A DNA stretch of 64,000 bases from an uncultured Celeribacter sp. (lineage in GTDB: Bacteria > Pseudomonadota > Alphaproteobacteria > Rhodobacterales > Rhodobacteraceae), in contig OY781536.2 in the NCBI GenBank assembly GCA_963676755.2, positions 261,640-325,639 on the forward strand, in the 5' to 3' direction. The position numbers and the translations under genes were made by a program. Shown here piece after piece: positions 1-9,051 of this stretch. The notes below the pieces were generated by a model. It made no database searches, was not told the origin of the DNA, and saw nothing but the letters and a program-made list of their open reading frames with translations. Every line of letters begins with the position of its first letter. Position 1 is the stretch's first letter.

Positions 1-152
1 GCCTCTTTGGCAATCGCTTCCATGCGCGTGCCTTCAAGGCCATTTTGTACAAATTGATTGTGAGCGGCCTGAAGGATGCGCTGACGTGTGGCTTCGCTGC
101 GAACCTCATGCGGTTTGGGCGCGCGTTCTATTGAGTTCACTGGGCTCTCCAT
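1..152 (-). CDS. TetR/AcrR-family transcriptional regulator, N-terminal ~50 codons only (gene runs off the left edge)
   Basis: Absent from the ORF track because it is truncated. The reverse-strand ATG at 152-150 gives MESPVNSIERAPKPHEVRSEATRQRILQAAHNQFVQNGLEGTRMEAIAKE. This fits the TetR_N helix-turn-helix pattern. The gene is divergent from the hydantoinase/TRAP operon. Confidence 0.55.
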   Translation of the reverse strand, partial: MESPVNSIERAPKPHEVRSEATRQRILQAAHNQFVQNGLEGTRMEAIAKE

Positions 153-217
153 CACATTCCCCATAAAGTCGCTTATCTTTTGGTCAGGCTATGCGTTTCA
201 AGGGAGGCTCAGCAATG

Positions 218-240
218 AATTTTCTTTCAGGAAGAAAATT
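218..240. promoter_or_regulatory. Inverted repeat AATTTTCTT-N5-AAGAAAATT, candidate TetR operator
   Basis: Perfect 9-bp arms (218-226 and 232-240) in the 152-bp divergent intergenic region. A TTGACA hexamer lies at 244-249. A second repeat, GATAAC-N6-GTTATC, lies at 271-288 just upstream of the hyuA-like start. Confidence 0.3.
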
Positions 241-304
241 TTGTTGACAGGAAACCTTCTCGCCTCGAATGATAACTGCAACGTTATCGTTACAGGAAGA
301 ATCG

Positions 305-2404
305 ATGAAAACCAACAGGAACTTTCGGGTGGCATCTGATGTGGGAGGAACCTTTACGGACAGTATCGCGTATGATGCGGAAACGCGCGTCATTACGGTA
401 TCCAAGGTTTCCACAACTCCCGAAAACCGCGCGAAGGGTACTGCAGAAGGTCTGCGAAAAGCGCTGGCGCTACAGGGCGCAACAGGTGCCGATGTATCCT
501 ATGTTGGTCATGGAATGACAACTGCAACGAATGCGGTCATTCAAAGAAATGGCGCGAAGACAGCCTTTCTGACCAACAAAGGGTTCCGCGACCTGTTGGA
601 AATAGGTCGTCAAAACAGACCGACACTCTTTGATATTTCTGTTGTGCGCCCTGAACCGCTAGTGCCGCGGGAATTGAGTTTTACCGCTGAAGGGCGGCTG
701 GACCATACCGGAGCGGAACTCATTCCTTTGAACGAAGGTGAAGTGCGCGATGCGGCACGTCAAATGGCGGCGGCAGGGGTGGAAGCTGTCGGAATACTCT
801 TCCTTCATTCATACACGAATCCGGCGCATGAACGCCGCGCGAGCGATATTCTGAAAGAAGAACTGCCCGGTGTGGCGATTTGTGCTTCGACAGACATCAA
901 TTCAGAATTTCGGGAATATGAGAGAGCTAGCACAACTGTCCTCAATGCCTATCTCAGACCTGTCATGGAGACTTACTTGCAGTCCCTATCCGGCATTTTG
1001 CAAGATGCGGAGGAGGGGCTTGGATTATCAGAAGATCGTCCTGTGATGGTTATGGATGCGGCGGGGGGGCTGATGCAGCTCGACAGCGCGCGCGAAAAAC
1101 CTGTCCATACCGTCCTGTCAGGCCCTGCAGGTGGAGTTGTGGCCGCGGCCTATGTCGCGGATGCGGCAGGTATTCCCGACATTATCACGATGGATATCGG
1201 GGGAACTTCAACCGACATCAGCTTGATCCGGAACGGGCAGCCGGAGATCACACGCTCGGCGTCTCTCGAAACGGTACCGATCCAGTTGCCGGTCATTGAT
1301 ATCAACGCAATCGGTGCGGGTGGCGGGTCGATCGCCTGGATCGATGAAGGTGGTGCGCTTCGGGTCGGCCCGATGAGTGCAGAGGCTGTTCCGGGGCCAG
1401 TCTGTTACGGGCGGGGTGGGGATCGTCCGACCGTGACGGATGCAAATATTGTCTTGGGCCGGTTTGACGGCAAGTCTCGTCTCGGCGGCTCTATGGAGCT
1501 TGATGCCAAGTCAGCCGCCCGCGTCATTGAACGTGATATTGCGGTGCCGTTGGGATTGAGCATTGAAGAAGCGGCCGCGGGTATTCTACGGGTGGCCCAT
1601 GCAAATATGGTGCGCGGAATCCGTGTTGTCTCTGTCGAACGGGGCTACGATCCACGGGATTTTGCGCTCGTGCCCTTCGGTGGGGCAGGGCCTATGCACG
1701 GCAGCCCCGTTGCACGTGATTTGAAAATGCCGAAGGTCATGGTGCCTCCGACTCCCGGTATTCTCTGTGCGATGGGGCAACTGATTTCGGATTTGCGTCA
1801 TGATCTTGTCGAAACCCATATTTCTCTCTTTGAGGAATTGGGAGCGCGTGGGGCCAAAATTTTGATCGACCGGCTTTCTGCGCGTGCAGAGTCCTATTTG
1901 ATTGCAGATGGTGTGCCGGAAGACCGGCGTGCTTTCGAGATCAAGATTGATCTTCGATATGAAGGTCAGAGCTTTGCGCTTCCTGTGCCAACAAATCCCG
2001 CAGAGACTGGATGGTGGGACGCATTGCCCGCCGCGTTTAACGATGCGCATATGGCGCGTTTCGGTCATGCCGATCCGACTGCGCCGCTTGAAGTTGTCGG
2101 AGTGAATGTCACGGGCATCGGCAAAATCGAAAAACCCCAATTGCCCGAAGTCGAGGCGGGTGAAAAGACCCCACCTCATAACGCTCTTCTTGGGCAAAGG
2201 AAAATCTATTTCGAACCGGGAGACAGTGGAGACAAAGGCGCTTGGCACCCGTCCCAGATATGGGCGCGCGACAGCCTTCTGGCGGGGAACGTGATCACGG
2301 GGCCGGCAGTCATCGAAGAAGTGTCATCAACCACCATCCTGTATCCGGGCGACCGCGCATTGGTTCTCGCGACGGGCAGCGTTATCGTGGAGGTCGCGCA
2401 ATGA
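305..2404 (+). CDS. Hydantoinase/oxoprolinase family A subunit (HyuA-like, ATP-dependent), copy 1
   Basis: The N-terminus MKTNRNFRVASDVGGTFTD is the typical Hydant_A_N start. GGTSTD and GAGGGS motifs are present, and the length is ~699 aa. I chose the internal ATG at 305 over the ORF-track start at 269 by comparison with paralog 6940, which begins MTDKLRIAADIGGTFTD. Confidence 0.9.
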   Translation: MKTNRNFRVASDVGGTFTDSIAYDAETRVITVSKVSTTPENRAKGTAEGLRKALALQGATGADVSYVGHGMTTATNAVIQRNGAKTAFLTNKGFRDLLEIGRQNRPTLFDISVVRPEPLVPRELSFTAEGRLDHTGAELIPLNEGEVRDAARQMAAAGVEAVGILFLHSYTNPAHERRASDILKEELPGVAICASTDINSEFREYERASTTVLNAYLRPVMETYLQSLSGILQDAEEGLGLSEDRPVMVMDAAGGLMQLDSAREKPVHTVLSGPAGGVVAAAYVADAAGIPDIITMDIGGTSTDISLIRNGQPEITRSASLETVPIQLPVIDINAIGAGGGSIAWIDEGGALRVGPMSAEAVPGPVCYGRGGDRPTVTDANIVLGRFDGKSRLGGSMELDAKSAARVIERDIAVPLGLSIEEAAAGILRVAHANMVRGIRVVSVERGYDPRDFALVPFGGAGPMHGSPVARDLKMPKVMVPPTPGILCAMGQLISDLRHDLVETHISLFEELGARGAKILIDRLSARAESYLIADGVPEDRRAFEIKIDLRYEGQSFALPVPTNPAETGWWDALPAAFNDAHMARFGHADPTAPLEVVGVNVTGIGKIEKPQLPEVEAGEKTPPHNALLGQRKIYFEPGDSGDKGAWHPSQIWARDSLLAGNVITGPAVIEEVSSTTILYPGDRALVLATGSVIVEVAQ

Positions 2405-3999
2405 AAACTTTCGATCCGATCCGTATGGAAGTTCTGCGCAACGCTTTGGAGGCGACGGCGCAGGAAATGGGAGCGGTGCTCAAGCACACGGCCTTTTCTC
2501 CGAACATCAAGGAACGCATGGATGCGTCCTGTGCTATTTTTACAGCGGATGCAGAGCTTGTTGCGCAGGCCGAACATGTTCCGGTTCACCTCGGTTCCAT
2601 GCTGCGCGCGGTCAAGCCGACACTGGATCGCACCGGACCGCTGGAAGACGGGGATGTTGTGATCGTCAATGATCCCTATGTGGCTGGAGCCCACCTACCG
2701 GACATCACGCTGATTGCGCCGGTTTTTATCAAGAATGAACGGGTCGCCTATGTTGCTTCTCGGGCACACCATTCCGATGTGGGTGGTATGGAACCCGGCT
2801 CTATGCCGGGAAGTTCGAAAGAGATTTTTCAAGAGGGCATTCTCATCCCTCCCGTGAAACTCTACCGTGCCGGAGTGCTTCAGACGGACATCATGGATAT
2901 GGTTCTGAGCAATGTTCGCACACCGGAAGAGCGCCGTGGCGATTTGAATGCACAGCTGGCCGCTTTGCGTATCGGTGAACGTCGGATGGAGGATTTGGCA
3001 GATCGCTTTGACGCGGAAGTTCTCAAGGAAGGCCTCGCGGCAATCCTCGATTATACCGAACGTCGAATGCGTGCCCGAATGGCGGAACTTCCCAAAGGGG
3101 TCTGGTATGCAGAAGACTGTCTGGACAATGACGGCTCTTCGGATGATCCGGTGTGGATCCGTCTGAAAATCGAAATTGAAGAGGACCGGATTGCATTTGA
3201 CTTCACGGGTACGTCGCCACAAGTGCGGGGCAACGTAAACGCCGTCGCGCCGATGTGCTGGTCGTCGATTTTCTATTCCCTGAAACTTCTAACTGATGCG
3301 AGCCTGCCGCCGAATTCTGGTGTTCTACGCCCTGTGTCTGTTCACATCCCGCAAGGCTGTTTTCTTGATGCGCAGCGTCCGGCGGCGGTGTGTGCGGGCA
3401 ATACCGAGACCACACAGCGTCTTGCGGATACGATCCTCAAAGGCTTTGCCCAGATTGCTCCGGATCGCATTGCCGCTGCCTCGAATGGCACGATGAACCT
3501 GATCGGTATCGGTGGGGTCGATCCGCGAAACGGTCGGCCTTACACCTATATCGAGACCTCTGGCGGCGGTCAGGGGGGGCGACCTATGGGGCCAGGCATG
3601 TCCGGCGTTCATGCCAATATGTCGAACACGCTCAACACGCCGATCGAGTCTCTCGAGATCAGCTATCCGCTGCGCTGCATCCGATATGAGCTGCGTGAAG
3701 GATCAGGTGGCGTCGGGCAGCACTCCGGTGGAGAAGGCATGGTTCGCGCGATCGAAGTTGTCGACCATGAAGCGCGTGTATCATTGCAAACCGACCGTCG
3801 TCGCTTTGCGCCATACGGGCTTCACGGCGGCGTTGATGGCTTGCCGGGGCGCAACTGGAGAATAGCTGCCGATGGTAAACATACAGAGCAGCCTGCGAAA
3901 GGATCAGTTACCCTGAGCCATGGTGAGGCTGTTGTTCTCGAGACACCTGGTGGTGGCGGGTGGGGGCAACCATCCGTGCGCGAGATCGCCGAAGGATAA
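2401..3999 (+). CDS. Hydantoinase B/oxoprolinase family subunit (HyuB-like), copy 1
   Basis: MKTFDPIRMEVLRNALEATAQEM is the typical Hydantoinase_B N-terminus. DPYVAGAHLPD and SGGGQGG motifs are present. The ATG at 2401 overlaps the hyuA-like stop (ATGA). The ORF-track start at 2242 is an upstream extension. Confidence 0.9.
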   Translation: MKTFDPIRMEVLRNALEATAQEMGAVLKHTAFSPNIKERMDASCAIFTADAELVAQAEHVPVHLGSMLRAVKPTLDRTGPLEDGDVVIVNDPYVAGAHLPDITLIAPVFIKNERVAYVASRAHHSDVGGMEPGSMPGSSKEIFQEGILIPPVKLYRAGVLQTDIMDMVLSNVRTPEERRGDLNAQLAALRIGERRMEDLADRFDAEVLKEGLAAILDYTERRMRARMAELPKGVWYAEDCLDNDGSSDDPVWIRLKIEIEEDRIAFDFTGTSPQVRGNVNAVAPMCWSSIFYSLKLLTDASLPPNSGVLRPVSVHIPQGCFLDAQRPAAVCAGNTETTQRLADTILKGFAQIAPDRIAAASNGTMNLIGIGGVDPRNGRPYTYIETSGGGQGGRPMGPGMSGVHANMSNTLNTPIESLEISYPLRCIRYELREGSGGVGQHSGGEGMVRAIEVVDHEARVSLQTDRRRFAPYGLHGGVDGLPGRNWRIAADGKHTEQPAKGSVTLSHGEAVVLETPGGGGWGQPSVREIAEG

Positions 4000-4069
4000 A
4001 GACACAACAAAGGCAGAGACGGGAAAACCGTCCCGACACTTCAAACGCATCTGAAAAGGACCAACAGGA

Positions 4070-5083
4070 ATGAAAATGGAAATGTTTGTGAAATGCGCAA
4101 GCCGCAAACTTCTGGCTGCTACCGCTGTGCTGGCTCTGGGAACCGGTTTTGCTTCAGCCGAAACGTGGCGATTTGCGACCAAGATGCCGGCGGACAGCCC
4201 TGAAGGTCTTGTCTTTCAGTATTTTGCTGATCGCGTAGGGGAACACAGTGAAGGAGACCTCACCGTGCAGGTCTATCCGTCCGAACAGCTTGGCAAAGAA
4301 GATGCCATTCTAGAACAACTCGAACTCGGAACCGTGAACCTTTACGCTGAAGATGCTTTTTTCTTGCAAAAATGGGTTCCTGAAATCAAATGGATCGCAC
4401 CGCACTTCCTGTTCCAGACACGGGAAGAATGGGTTGAATTCACCAATTCAGATCTTGTTACCGGTTGGTTCGAGAAAGCAGAAGACGCGGCAGGCGTCCG
4501 TGCTCTTGGTGACCCAATGGCCGTAGTGCGCGGCCCGTACCGTGTCCTGATTTCCAAAGAGCCTATTGAAAACTATGAGGATATCGCGGGTATCAAGTTG
4601 CGGATGTATCCTGATGAGTTGGCGATTTCCGTATGGAAAAGCCTTGGCGCTGATCTTCAGATGCTTGCATGGACGGAGACCTACCAAGCGCTTCAAACCG
4701 GTGTGGCCGAAGCTGTGACAAGCCCTGCTGCGCTGGTTCAGGCTATGAAGTTCTATGAACAGGCACCGTATATTACCCGCACCAATGAATTCTGGCAGGG
4801 TTTGCCATTTATGATGAATGCTGCGGCGTTCGACGGGTTGCCTGAAAAGGATCAAGCCGCACTTCTCAAAGCTCATGAAGAGGCCGGTGCTTATTCGGTA
4901 GAACTGATGGCGCAAAATTCAAACGAGATGCGTGCTATCCTCGAAGAGCAGGGTGTGACCTTTACGGATATGCCGCTTGAGCCGCTGTTTGAACATATGG
5001 CTGACTGGTATCGCGAACTGGATGCGCAAGGCGAATTGCCCGAGGGTTTTCTTGATGATGCTCTAGCCAAACGCGCTGAGTAA
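4070..5083 (+). CDS. TRAP transporter substrate-binding protein (DctP family)
   Basis: Signal peptide ending ...GFASA followed by ETWRFATKMP. Length is ~337 aa. Small and large TRAP permease genes follow directly. Confidence 0.85.
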   Translation: MKMEMFVKCASRKLLAATAVLALGTGFASAETWRFATKMPADSPEGLVFQYFADRVGEHSEGDLTVQVYPSEQLGKEDAILEQLELGTVNLYAEDAFFLQKWVPEIKWIAPHFLFQTREEWVEFTNSDLVTGWFEKAEDAAGVRALGDPMAVVRGPYRVLISKEPIENYEDIAGIKLRMYPDELAISVWKSLGADLQMLAWTETYQALQTGVAEAVTSPAALVQAMKFYEQAPYITRTNEFWQGLPFMMNAAAFDGLPEKDQAALLKAHEEAGAYSVELMAQNSNEMRAILEEQGVTFTDMPLEPLFEHMADWYRELDAQGELPEGFLDDALAKRAE

Positions 5084-5097
5084 GTCTGGAAAATAAG

Positions 5098-5649
5098 ATG
5101 AAAAATGCAGTTTCATCCCGACGTGGGCCTCCTTGGTTTCGCTTGGTAGATCGTGTGCTTGAAACGGTTGCAGGGGTCTTTCAGATCGTTGCCGAGTGTT
5201 TTCTTGCGATTATGCTGGTGATCAATTTCCTGAACATCGTTCTGCGAAATCTCGGCTTCCCAAGTCTTTTGTGGGTCTCGCCCTGGACGCAGCTCCTTAT
5301 GGTTTGGGCCGTTTTTCTGGCCTTTTACGTCATGTACCGGCGACATCTGGACATTGTCTTGATGATCGTTATGGGGCGTTTCGGGCACATCGGGGTGAAA
5401 CTGTCCCGCATCTTAACAGCAATTGCGGGTCTCGTGGTCGTCGGTGTTCTATTGGCGGAGGTCCCGCAAATTCTTTCACGTCAAAGAGGCGCGATGGATC
5501 TCATCGGTCTGACGCGTTTCTGGCTGTCAGTTCCACTCATCGCTTCGGCCTTGATGCTGTTCGTGCATTTTCTGTTTGATCTGATCGCGCTCTTGGCAGG
5601 CTGGGCAGATGATGAAACTCCCGGAGATGAAGAGGCCATGTCATGGTAG
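5098..5649 (+). CDS. TRAP transporter small permease (DctQ family)
   Basis: 183 aa with four hydrophobic segments. It sits between the DctP-like and DctM-like genes and overlaps the next start. Confidence 0.75.
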   Translation: MKNAVSSRRGPPWFRLVDRVLETVAGVFQIVAECFLAIMLVINFLNIVLRNLGFPSLLWVSPWTQLLMVWAVFLAFYVMYRRHLDIVLMIVMGRFGHIGVKLSRILTAIAGLVVVGVLLAEVPQILSRQRGAMDLIGLTRFWLSVPLIASALMLFVHFLFDLIALLAGWADDETPGDEEAMSW

Positions 5650-6935
5650 CGGTTACAATTTTCGGTCTGTTTCTACTCCTGATGCTGCTCGGAGTTCCGG
5701 TTGTTGTCGCGCTTGCAGCAGGAACGCTGGCTGGCTTCTGGCAAATTGGTCTCGCTGACAATCTGCGGGTGCTTTACACTTTCCCGCTCAATATCCTTGA
5801 GGGCGTCAACTCTCCGACTCTTACGGCTGTTCCGTTTTTTATATTGGCCGGGCACTTGATGACCGCCATCGGTTTGACCGAACGGATTTTCACTCTCGCG
5901 AACAGTCTTGTCGGGCACCTACGTGCGGGTTTGGCGCAGGTTAATGTTGTCTGCTCGCTTCTCTTTGGCGGGGTGACAGGCTCTGCGATTGCTGATGTGG
6001 CAGGCATTGGTAATCTGGTGATCAGCCAGATGGAAAAGCATGGCTATCCGCGGGCGTTCTCAGCGGCGCTTACTTGTGCGAGTTCGGTGATCGGCCCGAC
6101 AATGTGGCCTTCTGTCCCGCTCTTGATATACGCTTTCGGCGCGCAGGTGTCCGTTGAACGGATGTTCCTTGCGGGCATAGGGCCGGGGATTATCCTTGTG
6201 ATCGTCCTTATGCTCTACAACCGCTATATTGCGACACGGTTTGACGTCCCGCTTACTCCGCGGCCCAAGATGAAGGTTTTGGCACGAGAGTTTTCCAGAT
6301 CGGGCTGGGCGCTCCTTGCTCCGATGATCATTATCGGGTCTGTGACATCCGGCATTGCAACGCCAGTCGAGGCCGGTGTGATTGCTTGTGCTTATACGCT
6401 TGTGCTCGGATTTGCCTATCGAACCCTGTCTTTCCAGAGGTTGAGAGGTGCCATCGGGGAAACGATTATCCTGTTCGGTTCGATCCTGATGATTATCGGC
6501 GTCAGCCACGCGATGGGGTTTGTCCTGACATATGATCAGGTCCCGCAAAGGATCGCGGCAGGTGTGTTGGGCGTAACGGAAAACAAATATGTTTTCTTGT
6601 TCCTTGTGATTTTGTTCTTCCTCGCCCTTGGCATGATCCTCGAAAATATTCCAGCAATGATCATTCTGATCCCGATCATGATGCCACTGGTCGACCATTT
6701 TGGCATCGACCGTGTCCACTTCGGGTTGATCATGGTCTACGGCCTTCTGATCGGCATCGTGACGCCGCCGGTCGGGGTTGCCCTGTTTATCGTCACGCGG
6801 ATCGCTGACATCTCTTTCGAACGGGTTTGCTGGGCGGCTGTGCCGTTCCTGCTGCCTCTGATCCTCGTGCTCTTCATCATCACATACGCTCCGGAGGTCG
6901 TGCTCTTCCTCCCGGACGTCATATTGGGGAAGTAA
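5643..6935 (+). CDS. TRAP transporter large permease (DctM family)
   Basis: 430 aa and polytopic. The N-terminus, with FFILAG and GGVTGSAIADVA motifs, is typical of DctM. Confidence 0.9.
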   Translation: MVAVTIFGLFLLLMLLGVPVVVALAAGTLAGFWQIGLADNLRVLYTFPLNILEGVNSPTLTAVPFFILAGHLMTAIGLTERIFTLANSLVGHLRAGLAQVNVVCSLLFGGVTGSAIADVAGIGNLVISQMEKHGYPRAFSAALTCASSVIGPTMWPSVPLLIYAFGAQVSVERMFLAGIGPGIILVIVLMLYNRYIATRFDVPLTPRPKMKVLAREFSRSGWALLAPMIIIGSVTSGIATPVEAGVIACAYTLVLGFAYRTLSFQRLRGAIGETIILFGSILMIIGVSHAMGFVLTYDQVPQRIAAGVLGVTENKYVFLFLVILFFLALGMILENIPAMIILIPIMMPLVDHFGIDRVHFGLIMVYGLLIGIVTPPVGVALFIVTRIADISFERVCWAAVPFLLPLILVLFIITYAPEVVLFLPDVILGK

Positions 6936-6939
6936 TCCA

Positions 6940-9051
6940 ATGACCGACAAACTACGTATCGCTGCCGACATTGGCGGCACCTTCACCGATGTCGCGCTGA
7001 TCCGTGCGGATCGAACAATTGCCACGCGAAAGGTCTCGTCCACTCCCGAAGATTATGCACGCGGTGTCGCGGAGGGTATTCTGGAACTTGTAGAGGTCGA
7101 GGGACTGAGACCTGATGAAATTGGTGAAGTCATGCACGCCTGTACTGTGGCCACCAATGCTATTCTTGAGGGCAAAGGCGCACGAACGGCGCTTATTACA
7201 ACCGAAGGATTTCGGGACGTGCTCGAAATGCGCCGCATACGCGTGCCTCGTCTTTATGATCCGCTCTATGAAAAACCGCCTGCGCTCAGCCCCCGGAAAT
7301 GGCGGTTCGAAGTGGAAGAACGGCTGGATCACAAAGGCAATGTGCTGACCCCGCTTGATGAGGCCTCTGTTCTAAAGGCTATCGAGAAAATCAAAGCCGC
7401 GAATGTTGAAGCTGTGGCCGTTTGCCTTTTGCATTCCTACGCAAATCCGGAACACGAGCTCCGCATCGGAGAACTGCTCAAGGAACATCTTCCGGATGTT
7501 TTCATCTCGTTGTCGGTGGATGTTTTGCCCGAAATTCGTGAATACGAGCGGACCTCGACCTCGGTTATCAATTCATTTGTCGGCCCGCCGGTAAAAAACT
7601 ATCTGGAGTCTCTGCGTGACCGCCTCGCGGCAGCGGGACTGCCGTCAAAATTTTTCATGATGCATTCGGCGGGCGGGATTGTGGATAGCCGCACGGTCAT
7701 CGCAAAGCCTGCACAGATTGTCGAATGCGGCCCCGCAGCCGGTGTGATTGGTGCGCGTGCGGTCATGCTGGAGGCAGGTTTTGCCGATGCGATTGCCTTT
7801 GATATGGGCGGCACGACTGCGAAAGCTTCTTTGATCGAAGGCGGGCAGCTCATGCGCGCTGATGATTATGAAGTAGGGGGCGGGATTTCCCTGTCGTCCA
7901 AACTGGCCAAAGGGGGCGGGTATGCGCTGAAAGTGCCGGTAATCGACATTTCCGAAGTCGGCGCGGGCGGTGGTTCTATTGTATGGCGCGACCGCGCAGG
8001 TGCGTTGAAAGTTGGCCCGCAGAGCGCCGGAGCACGACCCGGTCCGGCGTGCTACGGAATTGGTGGAACCGAACCGACTGTGACCGATGCAAACATGGTG
8101 CTCGGCTTTCTAAATCCCGAGGCATTGGCAGGGGGGGCCGTTCCCGTGAGCCCGGAATTGAGCCGCGAAGCCCTCACCCGTGTTGTGGCTGATCCCATGG
8201 GGATCGAGCTTGATCGGGCGGCTTTCGGGGTTCACGAGCTTGTTTCGACGGTTATGACGCGTGCTGTAAAATCCGTGACGACCTTTCGCGGTCGGGATCC
8301 GCGCGATTTTTCAATGATCGCCTTTGGTGGCAACGGGGGCATCCATTCGGTTTCTTTGGCCCGCTCTCTTGGAGTGTCTACTGTGATCGTTCCGCCGGGG
8401 GCTGGCGTGCTTTCTGCGTTGGGCTTGCTCTACGCAGATATCGAAACTTCGGCCTCTATGGCCTTGCTGAAACAGATTGATAACGTGGACCCTGCCGTTG
8501 TGTCTAAAGGTTTCGCCGACTTGGCGATCCGCGTTTCCAATGAACTGGCCCGTTCTCTCAATGAGGTCGAACTGATTTACGAGGCAGATTTCCGTTATCG
8601 CGGGCAAGCCTTCGAACTCACCCTTCCCTTCGAGCAGGGCCTGTCCCTTACCGAGCAAAATGCTCTTCAGATGCGCGTGGCTTTTGATGAGGCGCATGAA
8701 AAGGCGTATGGGTATCGTCTGGCCGGGACGGCCGTCGAGATTGTCAGCCTGCGTGCAACCGCGCGTGTCCGCAAAGGGGCCGGTAGCCTTCCCGAATATC
8801 GCAGCCGAAAACCTGCACCAGAACGTATCCGCAGCGTCTATTTCGGGCCGGATTGGGGTCGCGTAGAGACGGCTGTTATTGATCGTGCCGCATTGTTGTC
8901 CGGCCCGCGCTCCGGTCCTGCGATCATAGAGGAATACGAAGGGACGACAATCGTTCCGCCCGACTGTTCCGCCCAAATTGATGCAAAGGGCAATATCATC
9001 GTCACTTTGCCAGTGTCGGCAACGACGAAAACTCTGGAGGCCGCAGAATGA
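6940..9051 (+). CDS. Hydantoinase/oxoprolinase family A subunit (HyuA-like), copy 2
   Basis: MTDKLRIAADIGGTFTD, with GGTTAKAS and GAGGGS motifs; 703 aa. It starts 4 nt after the dctM-like stop. Confidence 0.9.
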   Translation: MTDKLRIAADIGGTFTDVALIRADRTIATRKVSSTPEDYARGVAEGILELVEVEGLRPDEIGEVMHACTVATNAILEGKGARTALITTEGFRDVLEMRRIRVPRLYDPLYEKPPALSPRKWRFEVEERLDHKGNVLTPLDEASVLKAIEKIKAANVEAVAVCLLHSYANPEHELRIGELLKEHLPDVFISLSVDVLPEIREYERTSTSVINSFVGPPVKNYLESLRDRLAAAGLPSKFFMMHSAGGIVDSRTVIAKPAQIVECGPAAGVIGARAVMLEAGFADAIAFDMGGTTAKASLIEGGQLMRADDYEVGGGISLSSKLAKGGGYALKVPVIDISEVGAGGGSIVWRDRAGALKVGPQSAGARPGPACYGIGGTEPTVTDANMVLGFLNPEALAGGAVPVSPELSREALTRVVADPMGIELDRAAFGVHELVSTVMTRAVKSVTTFRGRDPRDFSMIAFGGNGGIHSVSLARSLGVSTVIVPPGAGVLSALGLLYADIETSASMALLKQIDNVDPAVVSKGFADLAIRVSNELARSLNEVELIYEADFRYRGQAFELTLPFEQGLSLTEQNALQMRVAFDEAHEKAYGYRLAGTAVEIVSLRATARVRKGAGSLPEYRSRKPAPERIRSVYFGPDWGRVETAVIDRAALLSGPRSGPAIIEEYEGTTIVPPDCSAQIDAKGNIIVTLPVSATTKTLEAAE

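Noticed and set aside
269-304. N-terminal extensions in the ORF track, at 269, 2242, 13961, 26612, 28650, 30249, 41941, 42533, 43500, 44115, 50648, 54971, 58125 and 63786.
   Set aside because: Internal ATGs give canonical family N-termini or signal peptides. They often coincide with ATGA overlaps to the upstream stop. The extended parts are Arg/Pro-rich read-through of upstream genes.
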